Assembly (NCBI GenBank): GCA_036918135.1
Contig: JBALDB010000054.1
Location: 32,001-96,000, forward strand
Source: Nostoc sp.
Lineage (GTDB): Bacteria > Cyanobacteriota > Cyanobacteriia > Cyanobacteriales > Nostocaceae
Length of the DNA stretch: 64,000 nucleotides
Direction: 5' to 3'
Shown piece after piece: positions 1 to 7,852 of the stretch. The position numbers were made by a program, and so were the translations under genes. Numbering within the stretch: the first letter of the stretch is position 1; every line of letters starts with the position of its first letter. Below the pieces are notes generated by a model that worked only from the letters and a program-made list of their open reading frames with translations, did no database searches and was not told where the DNA came from.

Positions 1-692
1 CCAGTAAAAAGTCGAAAAGGTTGGTCGATAAGTCCTGAGAAAGGAAGTGCATTTAGTAAAGGCTTGCTCCAGTCAGGAAAAAGTGGTAAAGGAACAATCA
101 TCCCAGAAAAAATAATAATCAAAGTGGGAAGAATACTATTAATTCCTTCACCAGAAAGTGTCCACATCATGGATACAGTAAGAAGCATAGTCAATGCAGA
201 CGAAAGTAGAATTCCAGCAATAAAGGAGAAAACAAAGGCAATGAAACTAGCAAAAGAGGGTGGAAAAGAAAGCGATCGCTCTGAAAACCCGATCGCCGGA
301 AAAATAAAAATTGTCACACAAAGAAGAGGGATAGCACGAAGAATAATCGGTGCTGTGCGAAGCGCCAAAGCACGAGTAAACCAAAAATTATAAAGGTCTG
401 TAGGTCGCAGCAGATCGTAGCCTACGCCACCAGATCGGATCGAGTTTTGAATCTCGCGATCGCCTGACCAAGGAACGATCGCCATTAAAAACGCTTGTCC
501 CAACCACACATATCCTACAGCCTGCTGAAAAGTTATTGGTTGAGCAGAGGTTGTATGAGTGAAAAATGCTTCTAGAACCATCACTTTTACGAACCCCCAA
601 AACAACTGAGTTGCAACCCCCGCCAAAGCAGCAGTACGATATTGCAGCAACAACGTAAATCTGGCGATAAACAGTGACCAATATGCTTTCAT
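1..692 (-). CDS. ABC-2 type transporter permease (runs off the window start; 3' end missing)
   Basis: Not in the ORF track. Manual translation from ATG at 692: MKAYWSLFIARFTLLLQYRTAALAGVATQLFWGFVKVMVLEAFF...YVWLGQAFL...IRSGGVGYDLLRPTDLY. Hydrophobic, and downstream of an ABC ATPase on the same strand. Confidence 0.85.
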   Translation of the reverse strand, partial: MKAYWSLFIARFTLLLQYRTAALAGVATQLFWGFVKVMVLEAFFTHTTSAQPITFQQAVGYVWLGQAFLMAIVPWSGDREIQNSIRSGGVGYDLLRPTDLYNFWFTRALALRTAPIILRAIPLLCVTIFIFPAIGFSERSLSFPPSFASFIAFVFSFIAGILLSSALTMLLTVSMMWTLSGEGINSILPTLIIIFSGMIVPLPLFPDWSKPLLNALPFSGLIDQPFRLFT

Positions 693-891
693 CTTAATAG
701 TAAGTTGACAAAAGATAAGGAGGATAATTCATAATTCAGAAGAGGGGTATTATTTATAGATGCCTTAAAAAATACTAGCTTATATGTATCACCAATTTCA
801 CCAATAGGAGCAGAAGTTGAACTATTTGTGCATTCATCTTGATAGGTTAGATTAACAATACACTCAAGCTCTACTTTGTCAGCAAGCTTCT

Positions 892-1125
892 TTAAAAATC
901 TCTCTCTGACTCTGACAGTTCAACTTCACTTATCGTTACTTGCAAGTCTTTATCCTTCAAGCCAATAAATGCAACTAAGAGCATTTTCTTAAATACATTG
1001 CTTCCACCTAAATTATTAAACTCTTCAAATGCATTTTTAGAGAAATATATTAGTTCTAATATGTCTGATTCAGTTCCGTTTTTGATTGTATCAGTCAACT
1101 TTTGGATAAAAACGTTGAGACTCAT
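892..1125 (-). CDS. hypothetical protein (77 aa)
   Basis: ATG-started ORF with a GAGG RBS-like sequence upstream. AT-rich, no recognisable motif. Confidence 0.5.
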   Translation of the reverse strand: MSLNVFIQKLTDTIKNGTESDILELIYFSKNAFEEFNNLGGSNVFKKMLLVAFIGLKDKDLQVTISEVELSESERDF

Positions 1126-1182
1126 CTTGCTTTTACCTCAGAATTAGCTTGAGTCATAACATCTTAATGTGTCTCTATTATA

Positions 1183-1257
1183 AATGACAAATGACCAATA
1201 CTTCTCTACGAGAGGCTGCGCCAACGGCTTCTCTCAGTACAAGTGACTAATGACAAA
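1183..1257. repeat. AATGAC(A/T) heptamer repeat interrupted by a short dispersed repeat (CTTCTCTACGAGAGGCTGCGCCAAC...CTCAGTACAAG)
   Basis: aatgaca-aatgacc... before and tgactaatgacaaat after a GC-rich insert. Related insert sequences occur at about 11741-11768 and 58340-58364. Confidence 0.65.
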
Positions 1258-2250
1258 TTAATCTAAAATTCCTCCTGACTTCGCATAAAGTTCAGCAACT
1301 ATTTCCTCAATCGGTGGATTTTCTACAAAGAGATCCTCAACTTCGTATTTTGAGGTAACTTTGCTAATTAAAGATGCAGCAGAAAGCTTCGTGGGGTCGA
1401 AGGCTAAAGTTACAGTGCGACCTTCTTTAGAGATGATACTAACTCCTTGTTCCTCAAAGAAAAAATCATCATTTATGAGGTCTATTCTTAAGTACCGACG
1501 CGAGGAAACTTGAGAACGCAACGCTGTCAGAGTTCCATCACAGAGAATTTCACCGCCACCAATAATAATGACGCGATCGCACAATGCTTCGATATCATCC
1601 ATATCATGGGTTGTCAGAATAGTAGTTACTTGATGAGTTCTATTTAGCGTTTTGATAAATTTTCTGACCGCAAGCTTGGAAACCGCATCAAGCCCGATAG
1701 TCGGTTCATCTAGAAATAAAATTTCTGGTCTGTGTAACATTGCTGCGGCAAAATCACATCGCATTCTTTGACCAAGGCTTAACTGTCTGACAGGGGTAGA
1801 GAGAAAACTCTCAAGACCGAGCAAATCAATCATTTCTTGGCGTGTATTTTGGTATTCTGAATCAGGAACGCGATAAATATCCCGCAACAAATCGAAAGAC
1901 TCAATTACTGGTAGATCCCACCAAAGTTGCGATCGCTGACCAAACACTACTCCAATACGACTAACATGGCGAATTCTATCTTTCCAAGGAGTTCGTCCGC
2001 CAATTATACATTTTCCGCTGGATGGGACTAAAATACCACTTAAAATTTTAATAGTAGTCGATTTACCTGCCCCATTTGGGCCGATATATCCTACGAGTTC
2101 TCCCTGCTCAAGCGAAAATGAAACTCCTTTTAGAGCATGAACAACTCTGGTTTTTCTTTGCACAAGCCCTCGGATTGAACCTAAAAATCCAGAGGAACGT
2201 TCAGACACAAAAAAAGTTTTTTTCAGGTCTTCAACAAGAATCTGAGGCAT
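1258..2250 (-). CDS. ABC transporter ATP-binding protein (ABC-2/DrrA-like)
   Basis: Walker A GPNGAGKST, signature LSLGQ, Walker B LFLDEPT, H-loop TTHDM. Confidence 0.95.
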   Translation of the reverse strand: MPQILVEDLKKTFFVSERSSGFLGSIRGLVQRKTRVVHALKGVSFSLEQGELVGYIGPNGAGKSTTIKILSGILVPSSGKCIIGGRTPWKDRIRHVSRIGVVFGQRSQLWWDLPVIESFDLLRDIYRVPDSEYQNTRQEMIDLLGLESFLSTPVRQLSLGQRMRCDFAAAMLHRPEILFLDEPTIGLDAVSKLAVRKFIKTLNRTHQVTTILTTHDMDDIEALCDRVIIIGGGEILCDGTLTALRSQVSSRRYLRIDLINDDFFFEEQGVSIISKEGRTVTLAFDPTKLSAASLISKVTSKYEVEDLFVENPPIEEIVAELYAKSGGILD

Positions 2251-2479
2251 ATATATTCCTAGTCTTTTATTGTTAGTCAGACGCCCTATATAGTAATTTT
2301 ATGAGAGTTGTGAAATTATCGTTATAAATGTCCTTGCTCAATTGTCCTTCGTGATTTGTAATTACAAAGGGCAAATAACTAATGACACTTAACAGTAGCA
2401 ATATTTCACAAATCATTTAGGACTGCTATATTACAATTTAGGTATTCCCACTGATTGGGAGACTAAATTAAATAGAAAT

Positions 2480-2872
2480 ATGAATAAACTAATTGAGTAC
2501 GAAGAAGCCAGCGACGAAGTACGTGCGGTATATGACGATATCCGCGCCACACGTCAGAATGACTATATTAACAACTTCTGGAAAGCCATAGCTAACCATC
2601 CTCCCACCTTGCAACGAACATGGCAAACATTGAAAGAAGTGATGACCAGTCCGGGTGAAATCGATCCATTGATGCGCGAACTGATTTATATTGCCGTGAG
2701 TGCGACAAATGGCTGCGAGTATTGCATCGCCTCACATACAGCAGCAGCGCGTGCCAAGGGAATGAATGATACCATGTTTGGGGAACTAATGGCGATCGCT
2801 GCCACCGCCAACATGACCAACCGTCTCGCTAACGGCTACCAGATTCCCGTAGATGAGCGATTCAAAACATAG
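2480..2872 (+). CDS. carboxymuconolactone decarboxylase / AhpD-family protein
   Basis: ELIYIAVSATNGCEYCIASH (E-x-CxxC-x3-H AhpD core). Confidence 0.9.
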   Translation: MNKLIEYEEASDEVRAVYDDIRATRQNDYINNFWKAIANHPPTLQRTWQTLKEVMTSPGEIDPLMRELIYIAVSATNGCEYCIASHTAAARAKGMNDTMFGELMAIAATANMTNRLANGYQIPVDERFKT

Positions 2873-3005
2873 AAATTCCTCTGGAAAAAGGAAAAATAAA
2901 AAATAAAATTTCTATAAATCTTAAGAAACTTACAATCATTTCTTCTTTCTTTTGCATGAGTACCTTTTTAGGTAATGTTATTAACTATTTATAGAATTAT
3001 TAACT

Positions 3006-3821
3006 ATGCCAAAGGTTCAAATTAATGGAATTGATTTGTTCTACGATATTAAGGGAACAGGTGAGCCTTTGCTATTAATAGCTGGCTTTCTTTGCGATCA
3101 TAGTTATTGGTCGCTGATTATGCCATCGTTGATTTCCCACTATCGAGTCATTCGCTTAGACAACCGAGGTATGGGGCGGAGTTCTGCTCCCCAAAGCCCT
3201 TATAGTATTAAACAAATGGCTGGCGATATTGCAGTATTGTTGGATTACATTGGTATTGACAAAGTACATCTAGCAGGTCATTCAATGGGCGGTCAAATTG
3301 CCCAAGAGCTAGCACTAGCATCCCCCCAAAAAATACAAAGTTTGATGCTACTTTCATCTTTGGCAAAAGGCGATGAATTATTCAACAGCATTATTGAAAC
3401 TTGGGGCGACCTTCTTAAAAATGTAAACTTGAAACTTTATGAAAAAGTTGTATTACCTTGGATATTTACAGATACTTTTTACTCAATTCCTGGAATGATT
3501 GAAGGTCTGATTGAATTTGCCATCAGATATCCCTTTCCACCTACAACTCACTCACTTTCTCATCACAGCCGAGCCATGCTTGACTTTGACACAACAGACC
3601 GCCTCCAACAAATTCATTGTCCTACTTTAGTTTTGGTTGGAAAACAAGACATTCTTACCCCGCTAAAATTTTCCCAGCAACTTGCTCAAGGTATTCCTAA
3701 CGCTGAACTTGTAGTCCTCGAGAGTGGTGGTCATGGCTTCTTGATTGAGTCTTCAGAGGTTGTGGTTTCAGCCATGCTTGATTTTTTGCAAAATTTAAAG
3801 CCAGTTTATAATAATTTTTGA
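3006..3821 (+). CDS. alpha/beta fold hydrolase
   Basis: DNRGMGRS, nucleophile elbow GHSMGG, C-terminal D...GH. Confidence 0.9.
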   Translation: MPKVQINGIDLFYDIKGTGEPLLLIAGFLCDHSYWSLIMPSLISHYRVIRLDNRGMGRSSAPQSPYSIKQMAGDIAVLLDYIGIDKVHLAGHSMGGQIAQELALASPQKIQSLMLLSSLAKGDELFNSIIETWGDLLKNVNLKLYEKVVLPWIFTDTFYSIPGMIEGLIEFAIRYPFPPTTHSLSHHSRAMLDFDTTDRLQQIHCPTLVLVGKQDILTPLKFSQQLAQGIPNAELVVLESGGHGFLIESSEVVVSAMLDFLQNLKPVYNNF

Positions 3822-4068
3822 CTTTAATTATTTATCATTTATCAGAAAAATTTTTAAAATTATTGGGCAAATTTAATTCCCTATTCATGACTTTCACTAT
3901 ATTTTATTACTTTTGTCTTTTGATGAATAATTATTTGAGAGTACAAAGCAAGGGGATTTATCAGTGAAATCAATCGAAAATTATCATCTAAAATTCTTAA
4001 ACTCTCTGATTAATCCGTTAGACCAATTCTAAATTCCAAATCCCAAATTTACTAACTTACTTAATCTT

Positions 4069-5184
4069 ATGCTACCTCTTACTGTTGGCGACCCGATTTC
4101 TTGGTTTATTCTTCCCTCAACCTCAAATCCAAATTTTCACTTTAACTCGGTTGGTGGATACCGAAGCATTTTATTTTTTTTTGGAAGTTCTAAAAATAAC
4201 TATATTCGGCAAATTATTGATGAATTTCTTAACCGACAGCAGCAGCTTACTGCCTATGAAGTACCATTTTTTGGTGTCAGCGTAGACCCAGATGACACTT
4301 TTTTGGCAGAGTTAATTCAGAATAAAACTTATTTCAAATTTCTTTGGGATTTTGAAAAAAAAATCAGCTTTGAATACGGTGTTTGTCAAGCAATATATCC
4401 GGGAAGTAACGAACTACAATACAGACCAACAATTTTCGTTTTGGACGAGAACTTACGAGTTATCAAGGTTTTGCCAATCTCTACTACTACTCATCCTTGC
4501 GAGCAAGTGTTTGAGTTGATTAAAAGCTTACCTGCAATCAGCGAAAATATTCCCGCAGCTAGACAAGCACCTGTTTTATTTATACCGAATGTTTTGGATC
4601 GAAGCTTTTGCCAACATTTAATTAATTTGTACGAAGCAGATGGTGGTGAAGATTCTGGCTTTATGCGACAAATCGACGGTAAAACAGTTGGAGTTACTGA
4701 CTATGGATTTAAAAAACGTCGAGATTATTTAATTTCCGATCCTCAACTATTAAAGCAAATCAATAATATGATTATGCGACGAGTTAAACCAGAAATTGAG
4801 AAGGCGTTTCAATTTAGTATTACTCGCTTTGAACGCTACTTGGTATCGTGTTACGAAGCAACTGATAAAGGCTTCTTTAATCGTCATCGTGATAACACTA
4901 CCAAAGGCACCGCTCATCGACGGTTTGCGATGTCATTAAATCTAAATACTGGCGCTTATAAAGGCGGCGATTTACGGTTTCCAGAATATGGACTCCAACT
5001 TTATACTCCAAATGTTGGAGAAGCAGTGATTTTTTCTTGCTCGTTACTTCATGAAGCTACCCCTGTAATCGGCGGACGGCGGTTTGTTTTACTGTCGTTC
5101 TTTTACAACGAAGAAGATGCTAAATTACGGCAAGAAAACAGCAAGTATCTTGTACTCAATAATAGCGATTCTGATAACAAGTAA
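4069..5184 (+). CDS. redoxin (AhpC/TSA-like) domain fused to 2OG-Fe(II) oxygenase
   Basis: N-terminal LTVGDPISWF...FFGVSVD...RPTIFVLDENLRV thioredoxin-like fold. C-terminal HRD...GGDLRFPEY...SLLHEATPV..GRRF (HxD...H...R). Confidence 0.85.
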   Translation: MLPLTVGDPISWFILPSTSNPNFHFNSVGGYRSILFFFGSSKNNYIRQIIDEFLNRQQQLTAYEVPFFGVSVDPDDTFLAELIQNKTYFKFLWDFEKKISFEYGVCQAIYPGSNELQYRPTIFVLDENLRVIKVLPISTTTHPCEQVFELIKSLPAISENIPAARQAPVLFIPNVLDRSFCQHLINLYEADGGEDSGFMRQIDGKTVGVTDYGFKKRRDYLISDPQLLKQINNMIMRRVKPEIEKAFQFSITRFERYLVSCYEATDKGFFNRHRDNTTKGTAHRRFAMSLNLNTGAYKGGDLRFPEYGLQLYTPNVGEAVIFSCSLLHEATPVIGGRRFVLLSFFYNEEDAKLRQENSKYLVLNNSDSDNK

Positions 5185-5311
5185 AAAACAAATTTTCAAA
5201 TCATCAACCTGCTATTATAAACAATCGTATGCTAGCCGTCATCCTAGCAAACGCTTTCCCTGTATAAGTTGCAGGTCATTTTGAAATAAATGTAGTTTGT
5301 CAAGCTAGGTT

Positions 5312-6406
5312 ATGAATCGTAACAATATCGATAATAATCATAAACTTCCGTCAAAGGCAAAGCGTGTTACGATAAGTAGTTTGATAATTTTAGCTGCCCT
5401 TGCTGATGCTTATTTAATTTGGGCACTTTGGCCTAAAACTTGCCCAACAGGTCAACAAAAAATAAATAATTCATGTGCGTTAATTACTTCTCAGACTAAC
5501 TTAAAAATTTCTCCTAAAGCTACAGTTTCTCCTCCTAATTCCATTCCTATTTATAGTAATTTTGCTGAAGTACCTAATATTCCTCAGGGAATATTTAGGT
5601 ACGGTGGCTCTACAACTTTTGCACCACTAAGATCTCCAGCAATAACGGCGCAAATTCTAGAAGCTCATCCAGAATTTAAGTTAAGCTATGCTGCTCCACT
5701 GGTAGTAACTGAATCTGGCTCTAGTAGTGGAATCAGAATGCTTTTGGAAGGACAATTAAGTTTTTCTCAATCTTCCCGACCTATAAAAACACAAGAATTT
5801 CAAGAGGCAAAAACAAAGAATTTTCGGCTAGAACAAATACCTGTTGCCATTGACGGAATTGCTTTTTATGTAAATCATAATTTGTCTGTCCCTGGTTTAA
5901 CAGTGTCTCAGATTAAAGATATATATACTGGGAAAATCACAAATTGGAATCAAGTAGGTGGCCCCAATTTAAAAATTATTCCTTTAAGCCGCGATCCAAA
6001 AAATGGGGGTACTCCTGAATATATTCAAGAAACAGTTTTGGCGAATGAATCATTTGCCGAATCTGTAAAACCCTACATCCAAGATACTACAACTGCTATA
6101 CAAAAAGTTGCTATAACTCCCGGCGGAATTAGTTATGCTACGGCTTCAGAGGTTTGTAACCAATTGATTAAGCCTCTTTCCCTGGCTAGAGAGGCTAATC
6201 AAAATTTTGTGTCTCCTTGTACGGGAAAGCAAGTAAATAAAGTTGATTTTGTCAATGATGCTTACCCACTAATTAGACGGCTGTTCGTCGTAATTAAGCG
6301 AGATGGCACTTTGGATGAACAAGCAGGAGTAGCTTATGCTAACTTACTATTGAGCGATCGAGGTCAACAATTAGTAAATCAAGCTGGTTTTGTGCCGATT
6401 CGCTAA
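5312..6406 (+). CDS. pstS: PstS-family phosphate-binding protein with N-terminal membrane anchor
   Basis: GGSTTFAPL, GSSSGI, SQSSRP, VAIDGIAFYVN, IYTGKITNWNQVGG, YPLIRRLF. One N-terminal hydrophobic helix. Confidence 0.85.
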   Translation: MNRNNIDNNHKLPSKAKRVTISSLIILAALADAYLIWALWPKTCPTGQQKINNSCALITSQTNLKISPKATVSPPNSIPIYSNFAEVPNIPQGIFRYGGSTTFAPLRSPAITAQILEAHPEFKLSYAAPLVVTESGSSSGIRMLLEGQLSFSQSSRPIKTQEFQEAKTKNFRLEQIPVAIDGIAFYVNHNLSVPGLTVSQIKDIYTGKITNWNQVGGPNLKIIPLSRDPKNGGTPEYIQETVLANESFAESVKPYIQDTTTAIQKVAITPGGISYATASEVCNQLIKPLSLAREANQNFVSPCTGKQVNKVDFVNDAYPLIRRLFVVIKRDGTLDEQAGVAYANLLLSDRGQQLVNQAGFVPIR

Positions 6407-6429
6407 ACCACTTTCAATTGTTGTCGAAG

Positions 6430-6465
6430 GTTTTAGTCCCCTTGCGGGGAAGTAGTAAGTGGAAG
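6430..6465 (+). CRISPR. solitary CRISPR-repeat-like unit (no array)
   Basis: GTTTTAGTCCCCTTGCGGGGAAGTAGTAAGTGGAAG: 36 nt, GTTT start, CCCC-TTGC-GGGG hairpin, degenerate GGAAAC-like end. Only one copy seen. Confidence 0.5.
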
Positions 6466-6474
6466 TTTTGTATA

Positions 6475-7221
6475 CTAAGCTGAGAGTGAAGCTTTAACTT
6501 GACCAAAACGGCGATCGCGTTTTTGGTAACTCAACAAAGCCTGATGAAATGCTTCTGTGTCAAAATCTGGCCAAAGAATATCAGTAAAATACATTTCTGT
6601 ATACGCCATTTGCCATAACAGAAAATTACTCAATCGCATCTCACCGCTGGTACGAATTAGCAAATCGGGTTCGGAAGTATCTGCTGTGTAGAGGTGTTTT
6701 TCTATAAGACTTTCATTTACTTGTTCTGCACTGAGTTCGCCTCGTTCTACTAATTCGGCTACTTGATGACAGACTTTTGTAATTTCGTTGCGACTACCGT
6801 AGTTGACTGCAACGGTAAAATGTATTGCTTGATTATTTAACGTTTCTGCCATTGAACGTTCCATTTCTGTTTGTAGAGACTTGGGTAGAACCGATAAATC
6901 TCCAATAAATGAGATTCGCACACCTTCTTGATGCATCTGTGCTAACTCGCGGCGCAGTAATCGCTCAAACAAAAGCATTAGAAAATCTACTTCTTCAACA
7001 GGACGCTGCCAATTTTCTGTTGAGAAAGCATAGGCTGTTAGTGCTTTGATTCCCCAATGTTTGCAGCAACGCAATAGTTCTTTGAGAGTTTTTGCTCCTT
7101 GGCGATGTCCGGCGATGCGCGGTAATCCTCGATTGGTTGCCCATCGACCGTTACCATCCATAATGACGGCTATGTGTTGGGGTAGGTATTGGGGGTTTAG
7201 ATCGGCGGGTAATAAAGTCAT
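6475..7221 (-). CDS. uppS: isoprenyl transferase (undecaprenyl diphosphate synthase family)
   Basis: [44 protein letters not shown]. Likely start MTLLPADL at 7221; the ORF extends to 7254. Confidence 0.95.
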   Translation of the reverse strand: MTLLPADLNPQYLPQHIAVIMDGNGRWATNRGLPRIAGHRQGAKTLKELLRCCKHWGIKALTAYAFSTENWQRPVEEVDFLMLLFERLLRRELAQMHQEGVRISFIGDLSVLPKSLQTEMERSMAETLNNQAIHFTVAVNYGSRNEITKVCHQVAELVERGELSAEQVNESLIEKHLYTADTSEPDLLIRTSGEMRLSNFLLWQMAYTEMYFTDILWPDFDTEAFHQALLSYQKRDRRFGQVKASLSA

Positions 7222-7286
7222 GGATTTTTGGTAAATAAAAGTATGAAATTTCACTCACAGACGCACAGAGTCGGTAAAAAGTTTAT

Positions 7287-7373
7287 TAGACCTCTTGCAA
7301 AAGTTCCATAACACCCCACCCCCAGCCCCAGCAGGCTCTTTGGGGTTCTTTTTTGATTTCTCCAAGAAGTCTA
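7287..7373. mobile_element. miniature inverted-repeat element
   Basis: Imperfect terminal inverted repeats TAGACCTCTTGCAAAAGT / ATTTCTCCAAGAAGTCTA around a C-rich/G-rich core. Confidence 0.55.
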
Positions 7374-7852
7374 TTGAGTAGTTTCAAGTAATTCTTGCAA
7401 GCCGTCATCTAGTTTTTCGCCTGTAAGATATTTATCTATAGGCGAACGAATGTACTGCTTAGTTTGCAAGTAATGAGGATGGGGATAGCTTTGACCTTTT
7501 TAAATCTTCTGCAAGTGGGCCCAGAGTGTGAAGCATAATTATTTATACTTTGCTTTTTTTCTCTGTGCCCAATAGCCTAAGCGATCGCACTTGCTTTTGT
7601 CAGTCAGTGAAAGTAAGCAGTTTTATCTCATGTAGTTGCAAACAGTGAAAATATTTAATGCTAAGTGTATGCTTTTTTACTTTATAAGTGTCGATCGCAG
7701 TTAATAGCTAAGGCAAACAGCAGACTACGCCAAGACAACTGTTAACCTGATTTTTATTGTATTGCGATCGCCTTCACACTTTTGGGCATATATTAAAGAA
7801 ATGTGACATTTAATTGCGCTATTGTAAAAATCAGCTTTATATAAGTTGATTT

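Noticed and set aside
64..681. ORF-track entries 64..393 (+) and 388..681 (-)
   Set aside because: Antisense or off-frame shadows of the ABC-2 permease reading from 692 off the window edge.
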